From: Dictyostelium discoideum
Taxonomy: Eukaryota
Reading direction: 5' to 3'
DNA length: 64,000 nucleotides
Assembly (NCBI GenBank): GCA_000004695.1
Contig: CM000154.2
Coordinates: 1,184,001 to 1,248,000, forward strand
Part shown: positions 50,031 through 64,000 of the stretch, piece by piece
Numbering within the stretch: position 1 is the stretch's first letter
Layout: every line of letters begins with the position of its first letter
Notes under the pieces: generated by a model
What the model was told of the DNA's origin: nothing
Databases searched by the model: none
Seen by the model: the letters and a program-made list of their open reading frames with translations, nothing else
Position numbers and translations under genes: made by a program

Positions 50031-50875
50031 TATTATTTTCAAATACTAAAAATTATTATTATTATTATTTTTTTTTTAGGGTTTTACCAAGATTAATTGA
50101 ATTATCAAAATCATCATCACAAAATGTTAGATTATCTGCATCATTGAGTATTGCAATGATTGTTGATGATGTTAAAGAAAAAGTATTGGAAGATTTTGAA
50201 AGTGAAATGGGTAGTGAAGATTTAAATGAAGATTATGAAGAATATGATGATGATGAAGATTATGATGGTGAATATAATTATGATGAAGAAGAAGAAGAGA
50301 TCGAAAGGGATTATAGAAGAAGTAGTGATAATGGAGGTAAATCAGCAGCACCAATTGATCAATTAAATAATTTAAGTTTTAATGGTGATGAATATAATAG
50401 CGATGATGATGAGGAAGGTGAATTTAGTGAATATAGTGAAGAGGATACAGTGAATCAATTCATTGTAGACGATGATCATATGGTACAAGTTATTGAAGGA
50501 ACCCTTAGTTTAAATAATGAAAAGGGTAAGAAAAAAATTCAATCCAAAACATTGTTACGTCAAATCCTTGGAAATTTAAAGGATGGTGATTCACCAAAAG
50601 AAACTATCATCATCTATGGTTTACCATTCCATTTCAGTGGTTGGAGAAAGTATATCCAATTGGAAGGTTTACGTAAACTCGTTGGTAATGCTATGATGGC
50701 TCAATGGCAAAATCCATTAATTCAAAAACAATTTGGTATTGAAATTCCTGAAGGTAATCGTTTAAGAGAAGCCAAATACCAATTAAAAAGATCAATCTCT
50801 CAAAAGAAAAAAGCAGACTATGATAGATCAGTTCGTTCAGAAAGTACTTTATTTGAAAATAATGCTGCCAATTAA
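49063..50875 (+). CDS. IFRD (interferon-related developmental regulator) family protein, ~460 aa. Exons: 49063..49072 (tentative 3-codon first exon), 49328..49904, 50080..50875.
   Basis: The frame stays open upstream of the listed Met back to the acceptor ATTATAG at 49327. The candidate exon 1 is ATGAATATAA|GTAAAT, phase 1. Donor AT|GTAAAT at 49905 (phase 2) joins TTTTTTTAG|G at 50079, which recreates the ATG codon. Recalled IFRD1 similarity: LLSAWLLLLTRVNPQEM (IFRD1 SLLAWTLLLTICPINEV), LSQSCFYCCTDRD (ATCFGVCCFIATDD), and a C-terminal IFRD_C-like block ETIIIYGLPFHFSGWRKYIQLEGLRKLVG. An acidic DE-rich linker is present. Intron 2 is (ATT)n-rich. Confidence 0.65.
49938..50030. repeat. (ATT)n trinucleotide microsatellite, ~30 units, intronic
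   Basis: Read directly from the sequence. Confidence 0.95.
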
Positions 50876-51204
50876 TTTTTAATAAATAAATAAAAATAAT
50901 AATAATAATAGTTTTAATTTAAATAATTTAATCTTCTCTCTCTATGATTAGAAAAAGTATTCTCAATTTTTATTTTTATTTTTTTTTAGGAAAAAAAAAA
51001 AAAAAAAATCAAAAAATTTTAAAAAAAAAAAAGAAATCAAAAAAAATATCCAAATTTTTTTTTTTATTTGAATGTATTGTAAATAAATTAAAGATTAAAG
51101 ATTTTAAAATAAACAATTCTCTATAATAAAAAAAAAAAAAAAATAAAATAAAATAAAAAAAATAATAATGTTTAAACAATTAAATTTGGCTGTTTGGGGA
51201 CTAA

Positions 51205-51252
<48 letters not shown>

Positions 51253-51607
51253 ATTTTTTTTATTTTTTTTTTTTTTCCAAAATTTTTTTTTTTTTTCCTA
51301 TCAAAAATTTTTCACGCTGTATTTTTTTTTTTTATTTTTTTTATTTTTATATTTTTTTATTTTTTTTTAATCAAGAATAACAATATTTTTAAAATAATAA
51401 TAAATTAAATTAATCTTGTACAATAAAATCCACCCAACCACCCACACACCACTACCACCCCACAAATATTTAAACACACACAAAACATTCACACACAAAT
51501 AATTGTATAATATAAATAAAATATTTTTTCTATATTTTTTTTTTTGTTAAGAAAAAAAAAAAAAAAAAAAAGATTTTTTAGAAAAAAAAAAAAATATTTA
51601 ATTAATC

Positions 51608-52303
51608 ATGAGTAATAATAATAATAGAGCAAGTATTTATGGTGGATTAGGATCAGTTGGTAAAATATTTGGAGCACCATTATTAGATGTGGTAATGAAT
51701 CAAAAGAGTAAAACAACATCATTAAATTCATCATCATCAGCAACCAACAATAACAATAGTACAGTAGAGGAGGTCAATATCCCATTATTCCTTCACAATG
51801 GATTTAAATATATTATTCAACATGGACTTGGTATCGAGGGTATCTTTCGTATTGCAGGTACTAAAGACAAGGTAAAACAATTACAAATGCAGTTGGATAA
51901 AGGGGAGAATATAGATTACGATGCATCAAAAGTTGATCCAGTGGATTTAGCAGATCTCATGAAAATATACTTTAGAGAATTACCAGACTGTTTATTACAA
52001 TCTGATCAGTATGACCATTTCATCTCACTTTTAACTTTAGATCGTTTAGGTCAAATTCAAAAATTACGTGAATTAGTCTCATCACTTCGTCCTGAAAATA
52101 GAGAAATGTTAAAACAATTAATTTGGTTCTTAGGTAGAATAGCTGTTAATTCAACTACAAATAAAATGTCTGAAGAAAATTTAGGTTTAGTTTGGGTAAA
52201 AAATTAATAAATACAATCACAATCATCAATTATCAATCATCAATCATCAATCATCAATCATCAATCAATGATTACATATCTATATTTAGGTATAAAGAAA
52301 TTA

Positions 52304-52354
<51 letters not shown>

Positions 52355-53602
52355 GGACCAAATTTGTTATGGAAAGGTGGTAAAGCTGTTAGCACAACTG
52401 ATATGATGGAATTAATGGCAGGTGCTGGTAAAATTAAATTAATTGTTACACTTTTAATTGAAGAACAAGAACATGTATTTAATAATTTAAATGCTACAAT
52501 TACAAAAGGTGAAATGGTAAGAATATTAAGCAAATAGTTTAAACTCAATATTCAATACTAATTATTATTTATTTATTATAGAAAGTATCATTTATTAATA
52601 AAATTGTAGGTAATAAAAAGACATGTCAAGGTATTTCAATTATTGAAGATGGTGAAAGTAAATCAATTTGGACAGCAGATTCAGCAGGTATAATAAAAGT
52701 ATTCAATGCAGATAATTATGTTACAGAAAGAGAATGGGATTCAAATCTTGGTAGAATTCATACAATGACATCGGTTAGAGATCATGCTTGGATCGCTTCA
52801 AGTCAATCTGTTAGTCTTTGGAATAAAGCTGGTAATTTGGTTAAGGAGTTTCCAGGTTTTCATGTTTCTTTAACACCAGTTTATTCACATGGTGAATATA
52901 GAATTTGGGCTGGTACTGATCAAAAAATAACAATCTTTTCTTCAAATGTAAATATATATATATTTATTTTATTTTATTAATTATTTGTGTTTTATTTATT
53001 AATTTATGTTTTTTTATTTTTTTTAGACATTAGAAATTGTACAAACTATTTCAATTCCAGGACAATTTATAGTTAGTATTACAGAGATATTTGGAGAAAG
53101 TAATCAAGTTTGGGTTGGTGCAACAGGTGGACAAATTATTATTTTTGACAAGACAACTGGTGAAGAGATTAGAAAGTTGAGTACACCAGCAAAGAGAAAT
53201 ATTACATGTTTAACCTTTCACAAGTATATGGATAAGGGTAAGGTTTGGGCAGGCTCTGAGGATAAATTAATATTTGTTATAGATCCATTCGATGATTATA
53301 GTATAGTTCAAACTGTTTCACATCCAGATTTACTTTTGATTAATACTTTGAAATCAATTTCAAAATCGGTTTGGAGTTGTAGTAGAGATTCTTCAATTAG
53401 AATTTGGGATTCAAATTCTTTCGAATTATTGGGTTCTCTTGATGATTACCATACCGATGCTGTCATTGATGCAATCTTAACTTATAATAATAGAAAAATG
53501 CGTTGGGAATTTTGGACTGCTAGTTTTGATAAATCAGTTTGTATTTGGAGTGTTTCAAGTGAACTTTTATCTCAACCACCACCTCCATTATTAAATGTTT
53601 AA
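51608..53602 (+). CDS. RhoGAP-domain protein with C-terminal WD-repeat-like region (~563 aa). Four exons: 51608..52195, 52355..52516, 52582..52947, 53027..53602.
   Basis: Canonical RhoGAP motifs: [10 protein letters not shown] (arginine finger), [14 protein letters not shown], ...GPNLLW. Donors GTAAAA, GTAAGA and GTAAAT; acceptors TTAG, TTATAG and TTTTAG; all phase 0. Exon lengths are 588, 162, 366 and 576 nt. The downstream exons contain SIRIWD...SVCIWS WD-like repeats. Confidence 0.85.
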
Positions 53603-53670
<68 letters not shown>

Positions 53671-53901
53671 TAATAAAAATAATAATAATAATAAAATAAA
53701 TAATAATAAAAAAAAAAAAAAAAAAAAAATCTAAAAATAAAAAAACTAAAAATAAAAATAAAAAATTGTTGTTAAAATAGAAAATATCCAATTAAAATTT
53801 TTAATTAATTAAATTTCCAATTCCAAAATTGGGGAGGGGCGAACAAATCATTTCGTATCAGAAAAAAAGTTATTATTTTTTAATTTTTTTTTTTTATTTT
53901 T

Positions 53902-53942
<41 letters not shown>

Positions 53943-54052
53943 AAAAACACAAATTTTATTTTTTATTTTTTTTTTATTAATTTTTATTTTCATTCATTTC
54001 TCGGCAATCAAATTAATTTTTTAAATTATTTTTTTTTTTTTTTTTTGTTTGA

Positions 54053-56089
<2,037 letters not shown>

Positions 56090-56105
56090 AAAATATAAAT
56101 AAAGA

Positions 56106-56137
<32 letters not shown>

Positions 56138-56396
56138 TAAAATTAAAATAATTAAGATTTTAAAAAGTTATTTTTATTTTTGTTTTTATTTTTAAATTAT
56201 TATAAATAACCATTTTCTGATCGGGGTACCCCAGTCACCTTTTTTTTTTTTTTTATTAATTTTATTTTATTTTCAATTTTTTTTTCAATTTTTTTTTTTT
56301 AATTTTTTTTTTTTTTATTTTATCAAAAATTTTCAAAATTTTTTGTTTATATTAATTTTTTTATCTTCACAAAGCAATAATAAAGAAAAGAAAAAA

Positions 56397-56410
56397 ATGA
56401 ACAATGTAAG

Positions 56411-56505
<95 letters not shown>

Positions 56506-56557
56506 TATTAAAATAATTAAAAATATTGATAATAAAAATAATTAATAAATTAATAAA

Positions 56558-56595
<38 letters not shown>

Positions 56596-59500
56596 AATCA
56601 TTTGACATAATCATCATACAACCAATTCACAGAGAAAACTCTTTATGAGTCATGAAGAGTTAGAAAAGCAACAAGAACAAGAGTTACAAACTCAACATCA
56701 ACAACAAGAAGAGAATAACAATAATAGTGTTTTAAGATTCTTTCAAAATTTAAGTGGTTCAATGGGTTCTATACCAACACAAGACCCATTACAACAACAA
56801 CAACAACAACAACAACAACCACCACTACCACAACAACCAAACATATTGTCATTTTTAACAGGAGAAATGAGAAGTGCTTCACCAACAATATCACCATCAA
56901 CATCATCAAATAATGTAAATATCAATCTTCACTCATCTGATAAATCAATAAAAAATTCAATTGGTAATCTAAATAATAAGAATTCTGCGTAAGTTTTTAT
57001 TAATATTAATAATATATATAAAAAAAAAAAAAAAAAAAAAAAAAAAGGTTTAAAAATTAAATGTAATTTCAAATATTAATACAAATATTCCTTTTTTTTT
57101 TTTTCCTTTCTTTTTTTTTTTTTTAAGGGAGGGGCCTTCATTTAGGATTAAATTTATATGGGAAAAATATAAATATAAATTCAAAGAAATCATTGGGTAG
57201 TAAATTGGAAGTGGAATCCCAAACCGTTACAAGGGTCCAACCGAATAGACCAAGTAGTAATTTAATTGGTAATTTAATATCAGTGAATAAATATTTCATA
57301 TCTTACATTATAAAGGGTGAAAAGGTTAGAATATTGGATAAATCAAGTGCAACTAAAATCTTGTTAAAAGAGTTTCCAGACGTAATAGATATTCAATTTC
57401 ATAGTGAAAATGTAAACATTTTGTCATGTTGTAGTATGTCTGATGGTTGTATTTACATTTATGAAATCGTTAATAATGGTGAATCTATAAATGCAAAATT
57501 ATTATCAAAAATTAAACAACAACCACAACCACAACCACAACCACAACCACATGGTAGTTCATCATCATCATCATCATCATCTTATTATACAACTGTTAAA
57601 TGGCATCCAACTAAAAATGATACATTATTAACTTGTACAAATGATTCAAAATTGGTTTATGCTTTTAATATAAATCAACCTGATACACCATTATTCATAT
57701 TGGATCCAACAACTGGAAATATTCCAACTGGTTTATGTTGGTTCGTACAAGAGTCACCATTCAATGCTAGTGGTAATGTTTTTGAAAAATCATCAATTTT
57801 AATTGCAAATGGTGATATTTGTATTTTTAATCAACAACAACAACAACAACCAAATATTTATCAATTAGAGAGTACATATAGTAGTATTAATGGTAGTGAT
57901 GGTAATAATTTAGATTTCTTATTTGTTAATCATATCAATTTCGATACAATTGTTGGTGTTACAAGACAATCTGAAATTTATTTATTTAATAGACAATTTT
58001 CGGTGATTCAAAAGATTACCTTTTCAAATAATCTATTTTCAATTTGTTCATTATTATCAATTAAAGATTCATTTTTATTCATCTCTGATAGTAATAGTTC
58101 AAAAGCATATATAATTCATATAAACTCTGGTAAAAAAGATAAATCAAATGATATTATTGGTGATGGTAGTGATGATAAAGATGCTATAAATAGTTTAGAT
58201 GGTGATAATAATAATAATATCAATAGTAATAATAATAATAATAATAATAATGAAGATAATGGTGGTGATGAATATCCACATTTTGATTATATTAATGAAT
58301 GTGATTTTAAGAAACCAATTATTAGTTTTTGTTTTCAATCAACACCAATAATAAATAAGAGTACAAGTACCAATAGTTTATCATCATCAACTCAATCACA
58401 ACAAACTTATCAACATCAACAAGAGAAAACAATATTTAGTGCTTGTACAATTCAATCACATTCAGTTTTACTTCATTCAATTTCTTTAGATACTTATTAT
58501 GCTGAAAATGATCAATACTCTGTCAATTCACTTGAAAATGATGTTGTCGAACAATCTGGTTTATATTTAGATTCTTTAAATAGTATTAATGGTAATAATA
58601 ATAATAATAATAATAACAACAACAATAATAATAGTAGTAATGTTGGTGGTAATAAAAATAATGGTGTTTTATCACCAACTAGCAGTACAAATGCAACCAT
58701 TGGTAGTGAAGATGATGATATTAATAAGATAATATTATTAACACCAAAATCATTCACCCCTTCATCACCACCGCCATTATCATTACCTGAACCCGATTTA
58801 TCATCAAGTCCGACATCTGATGATCCAATATTTGGTAATGTTGTCAGTGGTAAGGGTGTAGTTAATAATAATACTACCACCACAACTTCTGAAAAACCAA
58901 AGAAAGAGCCTTCTGCTGCAAGAAATTTGAAAAAGAAAACAAAATCAAAAGAGAATGAGTCAAATAGTACTACTACTGCTGCTGCTGCCACTAACACTAG
59001 TGGTAATAATTCAACACCATCTTCAAGTAGTTCTTCACCAAATGGTACAAATTCCACAACACCATCAACTACAGTATTATCTCCACCATTGTTGGTTAAT
59101 ACAACTGATGATCAATCAGGGTCAACTTCACCAGCAAGTATTAAAAAAGTGAAACCAAAAACTTCAACTACAAAGGTCACCTCTTCAAGTTCAAATGAAT
59201 CATTAAATACTTTAGATACCAAAGAAAAAGAGAAAGAAAAAGAAAAAGAAAAAACACCAACTAAACTAATTAAATCTACAACAACGACAACAACAACTAC
59301 ATCAACCACAACAACTCCATCAGCCACAACACCAACCACAACAACACCAACCAAAAAGACTCCATCATTTGTTGCCCCACAATTAGTTATACCTTTAACT
59401 AATCCAGCTTCAAAATTAACACCATCAAAATCATTATCATCAACTAATGTTAACTCTGTACCAACTTCATCAACATCACAATCATCGTCAACAACAGCAC

Positions 59501-61197
59501 CAGCACCAATAACTACAACAACAATGACAACTGCAACAAATACATCTCCATCCTTGTCACCTCCAACTACTGCTAATTCAACTTCTACCACTTCAAATAT
59601 ACCATCATCATTTTTCTTTTCACCAACTGAAACTAATCAAGATCATATTAACACAAATGCACCATTACCAGTACTACCACCACCACCACTATCACCACCA
59701 CAACAACAACAACAAACTTCATCTCCAACAACAACAACAGCAGCAACAACAACTTCAAATTCAAATTCACAACCAATTCAACAATCAAATTATACATCAA
59801 ATAATATTCAACAATTATTTATGGAAATGGAAAATAATTTATTTAATAGATTAGAGAGATCAATGGCAAATCAATTTGCACAACATGAAAAAGAAAGAAT
59901 TGAAAGAGAGGCAATGGAGAAGGAAAGACATGAAAAACTTTTAACAATTGTTCATCAATCAATTACAACCATGATGAAGAGTAATCTCGAAAAGATTGTA
60001 AAGAAAGAGATTGCAGCAACATTTGTAAATTTAGAGAAAACTTTACCAACTACAGTTGAACAAACCATTGGTAAGATTGCACAAGACCAATTAAAGAAAT
60101 TATCAGTTAAAACTGATACACTTTTGAAATCATCATCAGAGGCAATCGTTTCAAACGTTAAACAATTGATTTGTTCAGACATTTTCGAAGGTTTGTTAAA
60201 GAACCAAATGGAAACCATTTTCATAAGTTATTTCCAAAGTATTTTAATACCAGGCTTTGAAAAATCTTGTCAATCCATGTTTAAACATTTAAGCTATACA
60301 TTTGAAAATGGTTTCAATCAAGCAATTCAACATCAAACTTTATCATCTCAAGGTCAACATTTAGCTTTAGAAAAGATTTTAAATGAAGGTAATACAGTAA
60401 TTAAACAATGTACAACTCAATTGGTTGAACAACAAGATCAATTATTAAAAGAATTTAAAAAACAACAACAACAACAAAATCAACAACAACAACAAAATCA
60501 TCAACAACAAAATCAACAACAACACCAACAACAACAAAATCAACAACAACAACAACAACAACAAATGTCACAAATGCCACCACAATTCCAACCTTTACAT
60601 CATGGTCCAACTGGTTTTTATCCTTTCCCACCACCACCTCATTCACCATTAAATAATCAACAACAACCACAAACACCACCACAACAACAACAACAACTAC
60701 AACAATCACAACCACAACCACCACCACAACAACAACAACAACAACAACAACAACAGCAATCACAACCACAACAACAAACTCAACAACAACAACAACAATT
60801 AATTAATCAAAAATTATCAGCTTACCCACAACTTAAAGCATTAGTAGAGACAAGTTATATCGATGCATTTAATTTTGCATTGAACGCATCAAATCTACAA
60901 ATGGTAGTTAGTCTTTGTTCATGTTTAGATCCATACACAGTTTTCTCTTCAAATAAATTCCCACAAACAATAATTTTATCATTGATTCAACAATTATCAA
61001 TCAATTTGTATACTGATACTGAACTTAAATTAAAATGGATCAAAGAGTGTTTATTCGTGGTCGATAATAGTAAGGCTGATGTCACTAAGAAGATTTTAAA
61101 CGTTTTGAAAAATAAATTGGATGAACATCAAAATTCAAATCCAAATTCAAATTCACACCTTCTTCAATCAATTAAATATATAATTAAAGATATTTAA
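56397..61197 (+). CDS. Edc4/Ge-1-like enhancer of mRNA decapping (~1475 aa): N-terminal WD40-like region, Ser/Thr-rich linker, Gln-rich segment, conserved alpha-helical C-terminus. Exons: 56397..56405 (tentative, ATGAACAAT|GTAAGT), 56633..56988, 57132..61197.
   Basis: The C-terminal blocks match my recollection of human EDC4: ILIPGFEKSCQSMFKHLSYTFENGFNQAIQ (EDC4 VVLPAFEKSCQAMFQQINDSFRLGTQEYLQ) and LQMVVSLCSCLDPYTVF...IILSLIQQLSINLYTDTELKLKWIKE (LNLVLYVCETVDPAQVF...VLLSLIQQLASDLGTRTDLKLSYLEE). Phase-2 donor GC|GTAAGT at 56989 joins acceptor GGGAG| at 57131 in frame. The listed 1334-aa ORF begins at a TTG. Confidence 0.75.
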
Positions 61198-61351
61198 TTA
61201 AATACATACATATATATAATAATAATAATATAATAATAATTACCAATTTCCTCTAGTTAAAAAAAAATAAATTTAAAATTTAAAAAAAAAAAAAACAAAA
61301 AAAACCAAACACATATTTTACAATTATTCTTTTATTATTATTATTATTGTT

Positions 61352-61924
61352 TTATAGATTATCTAAATCTTTAATTGAAATCAAATCATTTCTGGTTAAA
61401 CCATTTTGTTTTAATAACCTTTCAAAAGTTTGATAACCCTTTTTATAAAGTTGTGGATTTTCTTTTATGGTGAAATGTTTTGAGTGAATTTTTAAATTAA
61501 ATACATGTTTTATTTCATTTCCAAACATATTTAATTTTTCATTATTTGTAATTCTTAATAACAACTGTTGTTGTATTCCTAATATTTCAACATTTGCAAG
61601 ACATATATAAGCAATACCTAATTGATTTTTACAACTTTCATGTGATACTATTAATAATGGATGACTTTTTAATTCTAATTTTATAGCTTCTTCTCTATTT
61701 ATATAAGAATAATATGACTAAAAAAAATAATATTATTAAAAAATTTATTTTAAAAATAGATTATGGTTTTTTTTTTTAAAAAAAAAAATAAAACTTACTG
61801 AATTTGATAAAAACACTTTCAAAGGTGTAGAATTTATTTGACTTTCAATTAAGTGATACTTTGAACATTCAGATGACGAAATGAAATCACCAACCACTAT
61901 TTTTTCATTATAAATAGTTTCCAT
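61352..61924 (-). CDS. Small protein of unknown function, 163 aa. Two exons: 61924..61799 and 61717..61352.
   Basis: METIYNEKIVVGDFISSSECSKYHLIESQINSTPLKVFLSNS | SYYSYINREEAIKLELKSHPLLIVSHESCKNQLGIAYICLANVEILGI... Phase-0 GTAAGT donor at 61798 and TTTTTTTTAG acceptor at 61718; exon lengths are 126 and 366 nt. No family recognised. Confidence 0.6.
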
Positions 61925-61955
61925 TGCTTCTTACTTTATAATATATCCACCTAAT

Positions 61956-61999
<44 letters not shown>

Positions 62000-62587
62000 T
62001 CAAATTTATTAAACAGTAATTTTTCAAATAAAAAAAACAAAACAAAAAAAAAAAATAAAGAAATTTCCAATCAAAAATTTGGGAATTTTTGTTTTATTGG
62101 AAGGAACATGACAAAAAAATGGGAGGAACAAACTTATCTTTGTTTTAAGGTTTTTTTTTTGTTTTATAGTTTTTGTTTTTTTATTTTTGATACTGCATAT
62201 TAATTAAATGCCAATATTCCAAAAACCTTAGTATTAATTTGAAATTAATTATTGTAATTTAGGAGTTACCCAGTTAGAAATTAAAAAAAAAAAAATTACA
62301 GAATGGTTGCATTCATTTTTTTATTTATTTTTTTAAAGAATTTTAAAAAATGAATGATAATAGAATTCTAAAAATAAACTTTTTTTTTTAAAAAAAAAAA
62401 AAAAAAAAAATACAGAATGGCACATTCATTTTTTTATTATTTTTTATATCATTTTGTGTTCTTTTGAGTGATCTATTTATCTATATGAAATTCATATTAA
62501 AAATAAATAAAATTAAATCTTTTAAACCAAAAAGGTGTCAAAATAAACCACACCAAGATTGATAATAAAAATTGACAAAAAAATTGG

Positions 62588-62632
<45 letters not shown>

Positions 62633-62730
62633 AATTTAAAATTTTTTTTTTTTTCTATCCAACATATAATATTTCGGTCGTTGTTTGAAACCAAATATAA
62701 AAAATAAAAATAAAATAAAATTAAAAAATC

Positions 62731-63063
62731 ATGATTTCACAATGTCGAAATTTGAATAAAACAATTCAAAGATTGTCATTGCCATCAAATATATTTAGAT
62801 TACAGTATTTTTCAACAACAACCTCTAGCACAATTCCAAAAGTAACCAACAAGAAATTAAAAGTAACAATAAAAAATAAAGATAAATTGGATATCCCATT
62901 AAATAATTTTGTTAATAATAAAGATAATAACAATGGACCATCACTAAAAATCAATTATGTTGGTGGTGAACTTGAAAATAATCCAACAACATCATCATCA
63001 TCACCTGTACAAACATCTTCAAAATCATCACCACAATCTACAACAACATTTAAAAATAATAAT

Positions 63064-63135
<72 letters not shown>

Positions 63136-64000
63136 TATAATAATAATAGTAATGAAAATAATTCATCAACATTTGTATCATCACATTATAAAGTAAATGA
63201 AGAATCAATGTTATCATATTTAGATAGAAAGAAATTAGTATATAAAATAATTGGTAAACAAATCATTGTTAAAGAGTGTCCATTATGTCATGATACAAAA
63301 GGTAAATTTGATAATTTTTGGAAATTATATATTTCAAGAGAAACAGCTGCTTTCTTCTGTCATAGATGTGGTTGTAAAGGTTCATGGATTGATTTAAAGG
63401 TAAATTTAGGTGATTTATCATTAGATCATTCAAATCATAAACCAATAATAAAATCACCAACAACAACATCAACAAATAAAACATCAAATAATGAAACTGA
63501 AGAATCAACAATTAGTATTGCAGATTTAAAAAAGATGTTAAATTATTCAAATGAATTAAATAATCATCAAGATGTAATAAAGAAATTAACAGGTAAAGAA
63601 AAAGGGGAGAGAGGATTATCAAAAGAGGTATTAGAATTTTATAAAGTTGGTGTAACAAGTCAACAATTCTTTTTTAATGATGAATGGCAAGAACATAAAT
63701 GTATAACATTCCCATGGACTACATTGGATAAAAAAGGTAATATTCAAGTACATCGTTGTAAATTAAGATCAACCAAAGAGAAATCATTACAAAGAATTGA
63801 ACCAAAAGGTGGTAAATGGGGATTCTTTGGTTGGCATACAATACCATCCGATGCAAAGGAGATTATCCTAACAGAGGGTGAATATGATGCAATGGCAGTT
63901 TATCAAGAAACTGGTATTCCCACAATTTCATTACCAAATGGTGCAAATAGTTTACCAATTGCTCTATTACCCCTATTGGAAAGATTTGAAAAGATTTATC
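62731..64000 (+). CDS. Twinkle / phage T7 gp4-like primase-helicase (mitochondrial), 5' partial; it continues beyond the window.
   Basis: N-terminal presequence-like MISQCRNLNKTIQRLSLPSNIFRLQYFSTTTS. Zinc-ribbon CPLCHDTKGKF...FFCHRCGCKGSW. TOPRIM-type primase motif IILTEGEYDAMAVYQETGIPTISLPNGANS. An in-frame (AAT)n poly-Asn tract lies at about 63060-63130. Confidence 0.7.

Noticed and set aside
56743-56925. Minus-strand 60-aa Cys-rich ORF (CCGSGGCCCCCCCCC) opposite the Gln-rich exon of the Edc4-like gene.
   Set aside because: It is the reverse complement of a (CAA)n poly-Gln tract; the apparent Cys-rich peptide is a frame artefact.
58512-60769. Antisense ORFs within the Edc4-like gene (58512-59057, 59112-59591, 60455-60769), including a poly-Val 'protein'.
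   Set aside because: They are reverse complements of poly-Ser/Thr/Gln coding repeats, with no independent signals.

Overview
The window is about 64 kb of Dictyostelium discoideum-type nuclear DNA. The evidence for that assignment is extremely AT-rich spacers with long poly(A)/poly(T) runs, coding (AAT)n/(CAA)n tracts giving poly-Asn/poly-Gln, and short AT-rich introns with GTAAGT/GTATGT...AG boundaries. It is not prokaryotic, so CRISPR, operon or defence-island readings do not apply. By splicing the six-frame ORFs by hand and checking phase at every junction, I reconstruct 15 protein-coding genes, 14 of them multi-exon. In window order they are: (1) a multi-pass membrane glycoprotein (partial); (2) a hypothetical TM protein; (3) a 5-exon DENN-domain protein; (4-6) a head-to-tail tandem array of three Sib ('similar to integrin beta') adhesion-receptor paralogs at 10946-31999, minus strand; (7) an EXS/Erd1-family membrane protein; (8) a ~3366-aa Roco-family kinase with the architecture RhoGAP / myotubularin-like / LRR / Roc-like / COR / kinase, in which the myotubularin catalytic loop and the Roc P-loop both look degenerate; (9) a CBS-domain protein; (10) an IFRD-family protein; (11) a RhoGAP plus WD-repeat protein; (12) mitochondrial chaperonin Hsp60 (hspA, 3 exons); (13) an Edc4/Ge-1-like decapping enhancer; (14) a 163-aa unknown protein; (15) the 5' part of a Twinkle/T7 gp4-like primase-helicase. 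I found no tRNA, rRNA, transposon or CRISPR. The most system-like feature is the sib triplet. It shows a nucleotide-level identity island shared by all three copies (a candidate gene-conversion tract), a different intron structure in each copy, loss of both NPxY talin-binding motifs in the middle copy, and small GC-richer palindromic islands in the inter-paralog spacers. All coordinates were hand-derived and may be off by a few nt at splice junctions.
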